Notes under the pieces: generated by a model
Seen by the model: only the letters and a program-made list of their open reading frames with translations
What the model was told of the DNA's origin: nothing
The model's database searches: none
Origin: Pelomyxa schiedti
Lineage: Eukaryota > Protista > Evosea
DNA length: 64,000 nt
Assembly (NCBI GenBank): GCA_020536535.1
Contig: JAHLWZ010000690.1
Location: forward strand, 17,496 to 81,495
Direction: 5' to 3'
Translations under genes and position numbers: made by a program
Shown here: piece after piece, positions 44,501-58,787 of the stretch
Layout: each line of letters opens with the position of its first letter
Numbering within the stretch: position 1 is the first letter of the stretch

Positions 44501-45884
44501 AAAAATACAAGCTTTTTCAAGTTGTTGAAAGCCAAATTGTACCACTGGTCAATCTCAACCCCGAACGAGCCATAAAAATGCTTGTAGCCAATACTGACAA
44601 AGTTGATGTATGTAATCATTGATTAGCATACAATGTTAATTCCCATTAAAAGATTCACCAAGTTGCCAAACAACTTGACACAGAAGAGACTCACCACCAC
44701 CTTCTTAAATACATGCATGAATTATTTGTGAAAGATTCGAGCATGTACGATCTGGGGCAAGAAATGCACCGCTTGCAAGTCGAACTTTACTCAAAATACA
44801 TATCATCAAACTATCCACCACAGGAGCTTCAACCAAGGCAGATGAGCCTTACATCATCTGCCCCACCCCCCTCATCAACTGGACCATCTCCAAGTCTCAC
44901 GGCCAGTGCACCAATGACTCCATCGGCAAGTCTTGCTGCCAGTGCTACTGAAATCGCCAAGGCAACAGCACTTGCCGTTACATCACAGCCCAAGATGTAC
45001 TCACGTGATGCTCTGTTAGCATTCCTCAGGACAAGCAATTTCTACCCTCTTGAAGCTTGTAAGTTTAAGAATGCTTTTGGTGAATTCTTACACCATGGTA
45101 GGTGAAGAAGTTTGCGCAAAGTATAAAATGCACAAGGAGCAAGCTTTCATTCTAACAAGGATGGGTTCTACAAGTCAAGCTCTAAAAATTTACATGACAC
45201 AAATAAGAGACATTACGGCTGTGTGCACACTGTGTGTCATTCATTTCCCTAATTTCATACACTAGGCAATTGAGTTCGTAAAGCAACAAAATGACAGTAA
45301 ACTCTGGGATGAGCTTATCACTCATGCAGTACTTGCTCCGCCCGAGTCCCGATACATCACTGCACTCCTGGAGAACTTGGGTGTAGCTCTTGTGGACCCC
45401 ATCACATTGATGAAGAGAATCCCCAATAACAAGAACATAGAAGGCGTTCGCGGCACTATGATTAAAATTTTCGCTGATCATAACATTGAAGTATGTGCCC
45501 GCTACCATCTCAATATAACGGGCACTAGACATCCCTAAGAGAAGGCTGTAATGCAATTCTTATTGCTGATGCTGTGGAATTATTCCAGAGTCTCCTTCAT
45601 GGCCTAACCAAGGGCTTCCGTATGGATATGGAAGCCAAGTATAAATTCAATTTCATAACTAATGATTCAAACAGTGATATGAAATGTAATAACCATCACA
45701 AAAAAAAAACTCAAGGTGCATTTCCTGTGCCGGTGAAGTTATCCAAACCAAGACCACTGAGGATTTCGTTATATTTTACTGTGGTCACGTTGCCCACATG
45801 AGATGCAGTGTACATGACAAAGTATACTCCCAAGAAGCTCCACACACAACACTAACTGGGAGGGGAAAAAACCAACACTAACAC

Positions 45885-45925
<41 letters not shown>

Positions 45926-46672
45926 GACACAAGTACCCGCGAGCAACAACAACAACAGCAGCAACAATAACAACAACAACAACAACAACAACAACGCGGA
46001 AGCCGAAGCGGAAGAGGACGACGAGGACAGCGACGACGACGCGGCCGGCAGCGACGATGACATGGACGCAGCCCGTGCCGCCGCCGTAAGGAACGCCAGA
46101 AGAATGAGCGTCGTCCCCCAACGCCGCGCAGGTGTGTTGTTTGTTGTGTGTTGTGTGTGTTGTTGGTGTTGTTGCCTTGTTTATACTACAAGCTTCACTA
46201 CTTATTGTATAGAAAACATAGCTGTAATGTACCTACAAAGTGAATACAACAACTGCACCCAACACACTCCACTCACACCCATACAATGGTCAAATCGTTT
46301 TTTGCACCACTTCGTACTTGCACTCACTCACACAACACAGTGCCATTGCTGGCTGGAATGAAGCACATATTCTCGTGCCCGTCGTGCAACAGCTTGACGA
46401 TGCAAAAGAAGAGGCTGGAGGAGAGGCAGAAGCAAAGGGTGCTGCGCCTACAGCGAGCCAAGCAGCGGGCCATAAACGAGAGGCAGCTCAGGGAGCAGCA
46501 CAAGCAGCACCTCATACAGCAGCAGCTTCAGCAGCAGAGGCTGCAGCAACAGCAACAGCAGCAGCAACAGAGGCAGAGGATGGCAATGATGCCTTCTGAC
46601 CAGCAGGGCCAGCTGGCTTCTTCATCCAGCAGTGCTGATATTAGAAATAGGAGTAGGACTGCTCACTTGTAG
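41531..46672 (+). CDS. VPS41: HOPS subunit Vps41 (WD40, clathrin repeat, RING-H2)
   Basis: EEEPLLKYKRL, DPDDHIGYLL, WQKWVFRF, LLAFLRTSNFYPLE, FILTRMGS, QNDSKLWDELI, SLREGCNAIL, C-terminal RING. Confidence 0.9.
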
Positions 46673-46775
46673 TAGGTTGTTTGTGTTGTTTGCTTATGAT
46701 CGTGTTTCCGTTTGTTTTTAAAAGAAGTACCTCTTTGGATGACAAACACTTGTTAATTATTTTGCCACCACAACA

Positions 46776-48441
46776 TTAAGTTAGGTTCTTGGCTAGGTTT
46801 TCTAGTATTTGGTAGGTCATAAGCTTCTTTCGAGAAAATGCAATTTCGAGAGGAGTCCCATCACAGCAACGTTTGAATGGGTCCGCTCCAAGCGCAATTA
46901 ACTGGGAACGTAGTTAGGAGGTTTGTGTAATTCTTTAGAATCTTTGTACAAAGTCAAGTACATATTATGTAGAATGATACAAAAAGAAAAAAAGGAAACG
47001 TACCGCTCTAAGAACCTCAGGTGGGGCACCACCGTAGCAGGCTTGGTGTAACGGGGCATAGCCGGACTTGGACTGTGGATGCACAGAGTTCGCAAACAGG
47101 CGTGGGTTTTGTTGAATGATTTCCAGTACTTTGGTCCACTCATAGTCTCGGGATGCTTGCTTCAAAATTGCTACCTTTGTGGCAAGGTCCGGTTGTGCTG
47201 GAAGTTGACAGCGCCTTAGTAGAAACGGGTGTAGCTCCCCACTGTGGATGGCGGAGTATGCCGCGACCTTTGAAAAATTACATAAGTATTTTTGGGTGGA
47301 AAAAGGGGAAGTAATTCTCACTTCTGCAAACGATGGAATGTTAAGGGCAGTAGCGGTACCAATACTTCCGCCAGATGGCGGAGGAGCTGCAACGCCAAAA
47401 GTGCCGTTACTTGCTGTATCCCAGTAGATTCCCTGTGGGGCCGTGTCTTCCAGAACTCTGTCAAACCACCATAACTTCAGATATGACTCCTTGGGGAGTG
47501 GTAATGATGGCTTGGCAAGTGCAAGCTGTGTGGCACGTTGGGCTATTATGAAATTAGCAATATCTCGCGGGGAGAGTGCACTAAGGTCGGTTGCTGTAGG
47601 GGCAAGGCTGCGCAGAGCAGAACCCTTTTAATTGTTTGATGGTTGTGAGATTATGAAGAATCCAAACCTCAGATGAATCATAGCGAAAGACATGAGACTC
47701 GCCACCTAACTCCAGTGTCCACACAGAATCCCCAGAGGTGAGTGAAATGTGTGGGGGAAAGAGGAATGCACTTCTGTGCAATTGTTGAACTGCAAGAAGG
47801 AGTGTTCTGCAGAAAGTGTTGGAGAGGAACGAAAATGCATGTAGAGATATGACGGGCATGGCGGTTGGGGTTGCGGCAAGACTGCTACTGGCTATGGTTG
47901 GCGTTAACTTGGCCTGCAATATAGTAGAGAGCAATGTAAGAACCGTTCTGTACAGGGAAGAGAAAGGGAATCCTACCGCAGAAGAGGTCACACTTGCAGA
48001 AGTAGTGGTATGTTGCGATGTTGGGGATGTGGGTGTGGTTTTTTCTTCCAGGAGTGAAGATATAACCTCCAGTAAGGAGTAATTCTTTTTATAATTTGTC
48101 GCCAGGTTATCCTGGGGAAAGAAAAAAAAAAAAAAGGGAATGTAGCATAAGAAAACATTTTAATGGTAAATGCATCACAACTTTCGGCAAAGAGCTCGGT
48201 GATCTATCCAAGGGACACAACAGTTCCGTTTTAGCCTCTTTCACAGCCTGGTCAACCAAAACTTGTAAACATGGCGTGCAAAACGAGTGCATGCACTCCA
48301 ACGCCCTGCGAGCGTAGTAGCAAAAAACAAAACAAAAAAAAACAAAAAAAAAAAACCATAAGAAACACACCGTGGTTCCCTCAAATCCAAGGCAAATGAC
48401 TCAAAACACAACTTGCAACACAGTGTCTCTTGGAGGCTCAT
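46776..48441 (-). CDS. RING-finger protein with C-terminal ankyrin repeats
   Basis: CKLCFESF...LECMHSFCTPCL...CPLDR; GYAPLHQACYGG...LIALGADP. Confidence 0.8.
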
Positions 48442-48827
48442 TTTCAAACTCGGTTTGTGTTTCGCTCGATTGGCTAGATTTGATGGTGCCCTAGTTGAAA
48501 AGGCGAGAGTTTTCTACAGGGTAGAGTAGAGAGTACGAGGTAGCCTTACTGCCACTGATTCAGGGGTACTGCCGAATAACTGGGATCACCTTTGTGAGAT
48601 TTCTCAGTCATTCGAGAATCGGATTCCAGATTTGGGGCCCTTTTACAGTTGCCTACGTAACCGTGTTTTTTTTTAGCGCTTCGCAGTTTTCTTCCAGTTT
48701 CGCAAAACCGCGCAAATCCTCTTTAAAGGTTTCGCTACCGTTACAAACACAAAACTTAAATAAAATAAACCAACACAAACACCGTTTTTCTCTCGAAAGA
48801 AAAGAAAAACTTCCCCGATACACAAAC

Positions 48828-50554
48828 ATGCGGTGTGTCATCGCGTTACTTGCCCTTGCGGCTGTTGCTTTAGCGTATGAAGGGTGGTCAGGCGCTTGCT
48901 GGTCGGGTGACATAAACGACGGCTATTGCGATCCCGAGTGCTACAACGAGCGCAACAACTTTGACGGCGACGATTGCGCAGGTTAGTTCTGTCTTCCCAC
49001 ATGATGTTCTGTCTCTCTCTTTTTTTTCCCCACCCCCTCGCCGCTGGTCTTGGAGTTTATTTAACGCTTCTTCACTACTCCGAACAGATTCCGCAGACCT
49101 CTGCAACGTCGGCTGCAATCCCGCAGACATAGACAATGGCTACTGCACTCCCTGGTGTATGACCGAGGCATGCGAGTGGGACGGCGGTGACTGCGGCGAG
49201 AGCGCGTGCGGTGACTGGAACTGTGACGATTCCGACTGGGGCAACAACGTGTGCGACCTGGAATGCGCCAACCTCGACTGCGGTTGGGATGACGGCGACT
49301 GCTGTGCGTAGCCAGTTCTTTCCTTTCCCTACCCCCCCTTTTTTTTTGTTGGCTTTCTCTCTAACGTTCTCCTTTCCCTTCCTTTCCCCCCCTCCCCACC
49401 GATTCAGTGGCCATCGGCTGTTCACCAACTTGCATGCCCGACGATATTGGAGACTCTTGGTGTGACTGGGACTGCTACACTGCGGATTGCCTGTATGATC
49501 TCGATGACTGCGAGGACTACTGCTCTCCCGGTTGCCTGAACAGTGACAAGGACGACGGCAACTGCGACGCCGCGTGCCTCACCGATGACTGCGACCAGGA
49601 CAACGGCGACTGTGAGGAGTACATGACCGGAAGGTGCTCGTGGTCGTGCCTCGATAGCGAGGCCACCGACAGCGTTTGCCAGTATTACTGCTACAACGAG
49701 GACTGCGACTGGGACAATGGCTCCTGCGGTATGTCATACCACGTGTTTCGCGTACACCACAACCACAGTGTCCTTCGTCTCCATCCTTTAACTTGCGGTG
49801 TTTGTTAGGGACCACCTTGCAGTGTGCATAACTAACTCGAACAACAGATGACGAGTACTGCGGACCCTACATGTGCGACAAGGACAACCTCAACGATGGT
49901 GACTGCGACCCAGACTGCAACAATGATGACTGCGATTACGACGGTGGAGACTGCGAGTACGAATATGTTTACTACGAGGCAATGTTCACCGACGACACAT
50001 GCATCGGCGACGTGATTTCGGTCGATGCTTCCTACTGGAAGGTCAGCTCTGACTGCGAGTCCTCGACCACTACACAGCTTTGCACCACCGGAAACGTTGG
50101 CTATGCTTGCGTTAGCGTTGACGACTTCGACGCCCTCATGGACGACTGGTTCGATTCTGAGTAAGTCTTCTCCTTCCCCATCCTAGCCGAGTTGCAACTC
50201 ACTGCGGATTTTCTTCCCTTTCCTTTCTGCAGCCCCTCGTGGTCAGCCGACTTCAACACTGAGGACTGCTCCGATCTCCCCAACCATATCTCTTACTTGA
50301 CAACGGCCGACTGCGTCCTCATGAACAACGCCCTGTGGGGATACTACGAGTGGTCTTCTGAGGGAATCGTTGTCACACACGTTTGCACTGACGAGGAGTG
50401 CGACAACTGCTTCGTCCAGCCCGACGGCACTGGCCTCGACCTTTACTACTACGACTGCTGGACCGATGGATCCGAGTCTCACCAGACCTCTGGAGCCTCC
50501 GTAGTTGCTGCTGGCCTCCTTGCCCTTGTCTTTGCTGTGTTTGCCATGTTTTAA
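48828..50554 (+). CDS. Secreted/GPI-type surface protein with 7 LNR (Lin-12/Notch) repeats
   Basis: Signal peptide; seven C...DG.CD..C....C.(W/Y)DGGDC units; hydrophobic C-terminal tail SGASVVAAGLLALVFAVFAMF. Confidence 0.85.
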
Positions 50555-50555
50555 G

Positions 50556-50678
50556 CACCTTTGTTAACACCAACAAGTACAAAATAATAACAAAAAATCT
50601 TTTCAAACAGTAAGAGTTTTTCCTCATGGCTTCCAAACTGTGTTTGTTATTTTGTACTTGTTGGTGTTAACAAAGGTG
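50556..50678. repeat. Perfect 32-bp inverted repeat with 59-nt spacer
   Basis: CACCTTTGTTAACACCAACAAGTACAAAATAA (50556-50587) is the exact reverse complement of 50647-50678. Confidence 0.9.
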
Positions 50679-50802
50679 GCTGAATAAAAAAAACACCAGA
50701 CCGCCGATACTGAGCGACGATAACGAAAAGTACAGCGTTCCGGTCTGTTGATTATTTTATTCAGCCAATTAAGTAATAACCGGAGACTATTGCACCCGTC
50801 AG

Positions 50803-52563
50803 ATGCGGCAGGGGCCCTCTCGTTGGTTTCGGTTCTCTACCACCACAGTGGTTGTGGCCTGTGTGATCATCATCATCATGGGGGATAATATGAATATGAT
50901 GGCCGTACACGGCGTTGGTTGGTGCCCCTCGTCGTGTGAGGTTGATGGCCTCATTGGCAATGGTGTGTGTGACATGATTTGCTATTCCACCGACTGCGAA
51001 TACGACGGGGGCGACTGTGACGGTTCTTTAACTTCTTTTTTTTTGTTTTTTTTTTTTTTTTGGTTCCTGTGTTGTATTGTCTGTCACTTATTGATTGATT
51101 GTTCCCCTTACCACTGGAATTTCTTCATAGATTTGTGCAACCCAGGATGTTGGGACTCTGAAATTGGCAACGGTGAATGTGATCCATATTGCTTTGCTGT
51201 ATCTTGCAACTGGGATGATGGGGACTGCAAAGGTGGTGTGTGTGGGACCTGGAACTGCTTGTCTGAAAATTGGGGTGATGGTTACTGCGACCTTCGTTGC
51301 GCCAACGATGCATGCTATTTAGATGACTGGGATTGCTGTACACTTTCTCTGCTTCAAAATTTGGAAAAAATTACCTTAACTTCCCTAAGATGGAATCAAC
51401 TGTGCACCCAGTTGTAGGGCTGGAATGGTTGGGGATGGCTATTGTGAGTGGGAATGTATGTATGGCTCTTGCGAGTATGATGGGGGCGACTGTGATGGTT
51501 GTGTACATTCCTAAATGTTGCCCACATTTCAATCCAGAATACTGCTATGAAGAATGCTACAATTCCGACGTTCATGACGACTTCTGTGACCCTCAGTGTT
51601 ATAATGACAACTGCGATTACGACGGCGGGGACTGTGACATTGAAGGTGCAAACATTCCTTATTAAAACCCGAAAATCAACCAACAACCACAACAACAAAA
51701 AAGCAAAGGATTACTGCCTTTTTCCCCTGTGTAAATCAGCTTGGGTTGGTGATGATGTATGTCAAACAAACTGCTATAACTCTGCCTGTGAATGGGATGG
51801 GGGTGACTGCAGTATTTCCCATGCACATAATTATTATTGTAGTTATGGACAACAAAACAAAAACAGACAGTACCTACTGTGGGGAACTTCTTTGCGAACT
51901 CGATAGTATTGGTGATGATGTGTGTAATTATGAGTGCAATACTGAGGACTGCGACTATGATGATGGAGACTGCTCATTTGTAAACGCTTACATGGAAGGG
52001 CTCTACACTGATACAGAATGTGAAAATTATGCACTTTACCTTGCCTTTACTGCCTGTCCCACCTCCGAAACTTGTTGTCATGGGTTCTCAGATACACTCA
52101 CATGCACTCCGGACATTGAGAATGTAGGGCAAGCATGCATCACATACCCGGCAATTCAAACAATGGTTTGGCAAGAAATGTGGAAGTATGCATTCCCTTC
52201 CTGAGCGGTCGTTTATCCCCTTTGTTTTCTAACACCCGGCACACTAGGTACATTTCATACAATGAGTGGGCCAATCCCAATTGCCTTGGGGCACCATACT
52301 TCTCAGAGTACTATGCATCAGACTGCCGTACTACTCAAAATAACCTATGGGGATATATGGAAGTTGCCGAATACGACCTCCTGGTCAACTGGGTGTGCAG
52401 TGACATGTTCTGCAACTTCTGCTACGTCAGTGACGTCATCGAAATCAGCACGTCGTGTATCACTGACGGGTACAAGTCCTGGGCCTGGGACTCGGCCCGG
52501 TCGCTGCCCCCGCTGCGCCTACTAACTGTAATTATGGGTCTCCTTGTAATGCTCCTATTGTGA
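50803..52563 (+). CDS. Tandem paralog: 7xLNR surface protein
   Basis: Seven LNR units, same C-terminal Cys domain (..NNLWGYME..VCSD..CNFC) and hydrophobic tail. Confidence 0.85.
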
Positions 52564-52799
52564 TGTGAAGAGTGGCAAACGCACTCTATCCCAGTGTATC
52601 ATCTCTTTCGTTTTTTTAGTTAGTCTCCCCTTTTCAAAAACAGCAGGCGGCACGAACACCGGTGCGCGCTAATTAAGTGTAAGATGTAACTCTTTCACTG
52701 GAATTTCTGCTAAGGCCCAAAAATAAAACAAGGGCTCTCCAAAAACGACAAACTAACAAACAAACAAACAAAACAAAACAACAAAACAACGATAACGCA

Positions 52800-55422
52800 A
52801 TGGCGACGGTTAAGATCTTGTTGGTAGCGACAGCGGTGTTAGTTTTGACGTGTAAATACGGCGAGTCGGTGTTCCAGATCATAGAATACAAGACAACTCC
52901 CCCTGGAGGTTTTTTGCCCCTTGTCCCCATTATTGTTTTGTTTAAACATCATGATCGGCAGTGTCTGGGTGCAATGGGAATACTATGGAAGTGGAGGTAT
53001 TTTACACATCCCCGTGTGATGAAACAGCGTGTGTGACTGATGGCACTTGGGCTGAGAACTGGTACTGCTCTGACACTGAGCCTGACCCATACTCGTTTTT
53101 CCCCAAGTAAGCCGGTGTTCTTTCCTCTCTCTTTTTTTTTTTTTGTGTTGTTGGTGTTGTTGTGCTTTTTGATACGATAAACCCTTCCTCGCTGAACTTA
53201 CTTAATTTAGTGGGTTTGTAATTGAATGGTTTAATGACGATACCTGCACAACATCTACTGATGTGCATTGGATGGTTACTACTCCTGAGTGTCTGTATGA
53301 TTACGAATATGAAGACCAAGCTTACGTACACGTGTGCAATCCAACGTCAGCTCAGCTCACGGTTAGTTCCCTGTCGCCATTCGTTTGTGATTAACTGTTA
53401 CCGCAGCGCGTAAGCTACAATGATGCTCAATGTAGGGGTTCCCAGTCTTCTTCCTCGTATATTGATAGGCCTTGGAGCACAAGCCCTTCTACGCCAGGTG
53501 AAGAAGTACCAGTAAAGCCTGTTCTAAAAGCACACAAGGTTGCTATGATGGGAGAACGTCTGGCGATTATTATACCCTCTCTTGCGCAAAACCCAATCCA
53601 GCCTATCAAGTTATCAAGGGTTACACTTATCAGGATGGTATCTATGCCCAATCTCTTCCTTTCTTACAGTAAATAGGAATTACATTTGACGTCTGTGACA
53701 CTGGTGACCTTATGTCTGTTATGGTGTACTATACCACTAACTGTGCCGCTCTCGGATGTGTACACGGCTCTAATAATGTTAACGAGTTATGGGAGTGTGT
53801 AACTACTGAACCTACTGCGGCAAGTTTCTTTGAGAAGTATCACATGCACTCGTTAGCCATACTTTAACATTCTAAAGTCCAATCGTGGCAACTTACTATT
53901 CTGCATCTGACTGTTCCGGCACTGTGGCAGCATGGAGAGCCTTCAACCCGGACTGCAGTGTTGATACGTTTAATGACAATGGCTATTACTTCACTTGTCA
54001 AGACGATACAGTTTCGGTTGGTCAAATTGATTCCAGCTATGCTTAACCGTTCTTCCCCGCAGAGAATAAGGGCGGACCCCACCTGCCAGGAAATATATCG
54101 CGATTCCCTTACAGTAGAAACTGAAAATGGAGGGAATGACGGGTGCTGGTACAGCAACAGTGTCCAGCACTATTATTCTCTGAGTTGCGGTGAGGGAGCC
54201 TACCAAGTAACTGAAGTCACTACAATAGATCCAGGTATGGTTAACATGTTGGCAACTAATAACAATGTTTAAGATGACCCATTGGTGAGAGGTGAGATGT
54301 TGTATGTGACCTCTGTGTGGAATGATAATTGCCTTGCGAACCACAATAAGTTCTATGGAGTTGATCAGGCCACATATTGTGTTGCATCCGATCCTGAACC
54401 GGGCGATTTCTTTGTGGATGTGTATGCACATTGTTAGAGTACCCTTGTGAAAACTCACCTTACAAACAGACCTGCAATAGTTTCGTTTTTCACAGATAAC
54501 ACGTGTACCACTGCCCATGGTTGGGTGGGTTATACCACATACTGCGCTTATGATACCAGTACCACGGGAACACTGTACGTGGACTGCGAACCAGACATCG
54601 GCAAGCTATCGGTATTTACATTATTTTTTCCCATTCCTAAACTTTACTTAAGTATATGCAATGTGATGACAACTATTGTCAATCCGATTCCTGCTCCTCG
54701 GGGACTACTATAATCTCGAATCTTTACAATGAAAACGCCGGCTGTTTCTTCTCTGAATCCATGGATGCGTTTTACACTGTTTCGTGCTCTCCTCGGGAGA
54801 CGAAATGGCAAGTGACCGCAGTGTACCCGGATGAAGGTATCTCAGAACTTTCTTTCCTCCTTGTTAACTTGACTGAACAGAGTGTGAAGACTTTGCCCTA
54901 TTCCAAGAAGCAAAACCAGAGCTTTTCTGCTATATTGATGAATGTATGGATGAACTCTTGGTGAACGGGGAGGAGTACGGCACTTCGCACTCTTGCCGAG
55001 ACACTGTGGAGTCCACCTCATCTGAGGATGAAGAAACAATAGGGTACCATCAAATACCACCGTCCACCAGTCCCCGGAAAAACTAACATCAACACAGTGT
55101 AACAGTCTACCAGTACTCTGACCGGGAACTATGCACTCCGGACACCCTGGAATACTTCGCGAACGTGCGCCGCGGCTTGTGCTGGAGCTCCGCTGTGAAC
55201 ACGCTGGACTTCTACGTAATCGAGTGTGACCAGGTGGCCCAGACCGCGACGATCTCGTCAGACTGCGAGGATTCCGAGTGCCTGGTGTGCCACAGCACAC
55301 AGACCGTGGACCTAGGCACTTGCGAGAACGGCAAGATATACTACTGCAGCGGGTCCACCCTCAAATCAGCAGCAATCCTCACTGTGGTCCTCACCACACT
55401 CCTATTTGCCCTTCTTCAATAG
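52800..55422 (+). CDS. Secreted Cys-rich repeat protein with GPI-like tail, no LNR
   Basis: Signal peptide MATVKILLVATAVLVLTC; repeated modules (FNDDTC, FTDNTC, CDDNYC, CEDSECLVC); tail SAAILTVVLTTLLFALLQ. Confidence 0.7.
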
Positions 55423-55752
55423 AAGAGAAACGGATGAATTCTTCCCCTTTGAATCGTACTCTGTTCTCCGACGTTGAAGATGGCCTCATTAGGCAAAAAC
55501 GATATGCGGCAACACAGAAATACGTTCGGCGCATATCTCCTCTCTTTGAAAATGAAGAATCGGTGTGATTCTCAACATCAAACCAACAACAATCAACAAC
55601 TTTGTTGGTTGGAGGCACCCGGTGGTACCGGCGGCTACACCCGAGAGGAGACCGAAACCAATCGATTGTGGCGCCAGGGGGGCTTGTTGTTGGAGTCTGC
55701 CGACAACACAATCCCACAATTTCGTTCGTTAAGCGGCGTTGTGACGTGGAGG

Positions 55753-58642
55753 ATGGGAGCGGGGGCCTCGTCACGAACGCAATACAACCGCGTCCGTCGT
55801 GTCTTCGTTGAGCCCAGTTCCGCCAATGCGCCACGAGACGCGACGCAACCGCAGTTGCATGTCGGCTACGAAACCCGTGCGAACTCACATTTTTTTTAAT
55901 TTTTTAAATTTTTTTTGTAAATTCTTTTTGGCTGGCAAGAAAGTAACCTAGTGTGCCAGGTAGCAGGTCCTGCGATACTGTACATAATAACATACAGAGG
56001 CAGTATTTGTTGTCACCACCTGTTCCTCCCTGTGCTACATCACAACACACTCCGCCTGTTCCCACATCGCCTCAATCCGCTCCACTTCACACGCCACCCT
56101 CTCATGCTCCTCCTCCTCCCCCACCACCTCCTCCTTCTTTTCACGGTTCCAGAAGAAAAGCCAGACTGGACCAGCAACATCGCGGTCCGCAGTTTGCATC
56201 AAATCCACCTAAGGACTTTCACAGAACTTTGTCACCAAAACCACAGCCACAGCTACAACCACCCAAATCCCTCAGAAGGGTGCCAAAGGAACCTTCAGAT
56301 AACGAAGAGGAAAAATTTGATGGCGCCCTCTCCTCCAAGTCCTCATCTTTCTCCCAGTACCGCTTGCAGACGCGATCGGCACTGGCAACTGCTTTTTCTA
56401 TTTCGTCGGATTCCCTTCTAGACAAGATGATAGGTTGCACTCCTTCTGTGGGAAAGGGGGGCCCTAGTAGTGGGGGTGCTGGCAAATCGTACTCCATACA
56501 CTGGGGAAAGAATCAACAAGGTGAAGATCCCGACTTGCCCTTTGAGGGAGATATTGCACAGCAGACTGCTAATACGCTGCTAAAACCTATGGGTTATCAC
56601 TTGCGGAACCTTCACAATAACTTGTGTGGTAAAACCTCAGATATATACACAACATCAACTGTGCCCCCTGGGCACTCCTGCCAGCCCCACAGACCTGAAG
56701 TGTCGCCGGGGCACGGGGATGCTTTTAGTAGCTCCTCATCATCCTCTTCTTCAGCGTCAATTGAAGTGCAAGCAGAAAACCACCTGTCTTGTGGGCCAGC
56801 TCCGGAAATAAATTGCAATGAACAAGTAACCTCATCACCAGTATCAGCACGATTAACTGCGGGTCTGAATTCCCCCAGTAATAGAAGCAGTGCTTTCACC
56901 ACTACACCACGCATCGTATTCCAGTCATCACACTCTATAACATCCAGCCAGAATTCGCGCCTTTCTCTCCCATCACCGCAGGCATCATTTTTGTCCCCTC
57001 CTTACCTAAGCCTTGACAGAACCAACCGGCACAAATCCCAGCCTTTGCCTCTCATTCCATCACACCCCACAACATGTCAAAATGTAGAAAGTTCTGAAAG
57101 CGGCGTCTCTGCATTGCCAGAAGTACAATCAGCTTCAGCCACAAAATATAGCATAGATTACCAGGTAGTTATTACCCGTTAGTACTTTGCTAATCCTTGT
57201 TTGCAGAATGAGGGATTTAGGAAAGTAGTATCCTTTGATCACATAGAAGACTTCAAAGTATTCTTTCTTGTCTTTTTTTTTTTTTTAACCCCGACTGACT
57301 CTTTCAGAAATTGCAAGTTTATTCCGTACCAAAACCAACCTTTGCGGGGAGCCTGGACTCAAACCGGACCAAGAATAGATACAGTGATATTCTCCCTTGT
57401 AAGCGTACACTATCTTTTTACCTTGAGCTTATTATTCCTGCTTTGGATTTAAGACGATGAGAACCGAGTAAAACTCAATACCAGTGACTATATCAATGCT
57501 TCATGGATACATTCGCCCACCTGCTGCAATCAGTACATTGCAGCACAAGGTTTTCCAAAGAATTTTCTGTTTAGTACTTATTGAAGTAGCACCGATAGCT
57601 TCAACATTTGCAGCTTTTTGGGAGATGATTTGGCAAACAAAATGCAGACTTATCATTGTTTTAGGACAACTGCAAGAAGGCAAACAGGTGAGGAAACTCT
57701 TGAATTTCTGGTCTGTTTACCCAAAGAAGGCAAAAATAGACCGCTATTGGCCAACCGTGCACGAAAAAACCAAGGTGTACGGCAATTTTGTGATAAAGAT
57801 TCTCTCAGAAGATTTCAACCAAGAAACCTCCACCATATCGAGGAAAATCCAGCTCTGTAATCTCCAGGTTCTCAAACATTAACCAACAGTTCTTTGCGTT
57901 AATTGCCCACATAGAAACCAGGGAGACTTCACACCCTGTTTCATTTCCAGTACACCGCTTGGCCTGATAAACAGATTCCTGCTTCTACCGCCGATATCAG
58001 ACACCTGATGCACACACTCTCTCGCTTAACCATGCCTAATTCCGGAGATACACTTCTATTTCCCAAGCCGACAACAGTGCATTGCAGGTACCACTCTTTC
58101 ATTCACGGTTCCAAAACTCACTTTCTTCAAGTGCCGGAATCGGCCGAACCGGAACTTTTTGTACTGTACATATATGCCTTCAAAAACTTCACTCCCTAAT
58201 GCACAGTGAGCACAACTCCGCACCCAACCACAGCGGCCTTTTCAAGACCTCTTCATTCCCCACTTCACTCCCACCAATAATAACTCCCCATAAGTCACCC
58301 CACCTACTCCCGCAAACCACAGCAGCACTTCCACCCCTATATTTATCCACACTGCAACCACCGCATCAATGTACTATAGACGGGTCATCATCCCCGCCAC
58401 CAGCAACAACCACCACTTCATCAACCATAGCCAACAACAATGCAACAACAGCTATACTAGCTAATGTGGATGTACTGAGCACTGTCAAACGGCTACGTGA
58501 ACAGAGGCTCAATATGGTCCCGGAAATTCTACAGTTTCTATTCTGCTGCTTTGCGGTAGAAGATGAACTCGTAGAGCATGGATATTTCAACCACGATTTG
58601 TACGGAATTCTAGCCGAAACCCGTATGCTTGTTCTCTTTTGA
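55753..58642 (+). CDS. Classical protein tyrosine phosphatase
   Basis: KNRYSDILP, DYINAS, YIAAQ, FWEMIWQ, YWP, WPD, VHCSAGIGRTG, LREQR; start MGAGASS is inferred. Confidence 0.9.
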
Positions 58643-58787
58643 ATTTCTCAACCCAACAACACAACAGGGCAACATATGAACTGGCCACCACCACCTCGAA
58701 ACTCTTGTAACTAGTAGTGTCTGTCACTTTTTTGTTTCCCGGCTTATGGTAAAATAGGAATAAAGAGCTTTTAATTTCCAAACACTT

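Noticed and set aside
45716-46388. Vps41 RING-H2 split by a long Asn/Asp-rich insert
   Set aside because: Acidic inserts at this position are recalled from plant Vps41, so probably not novel
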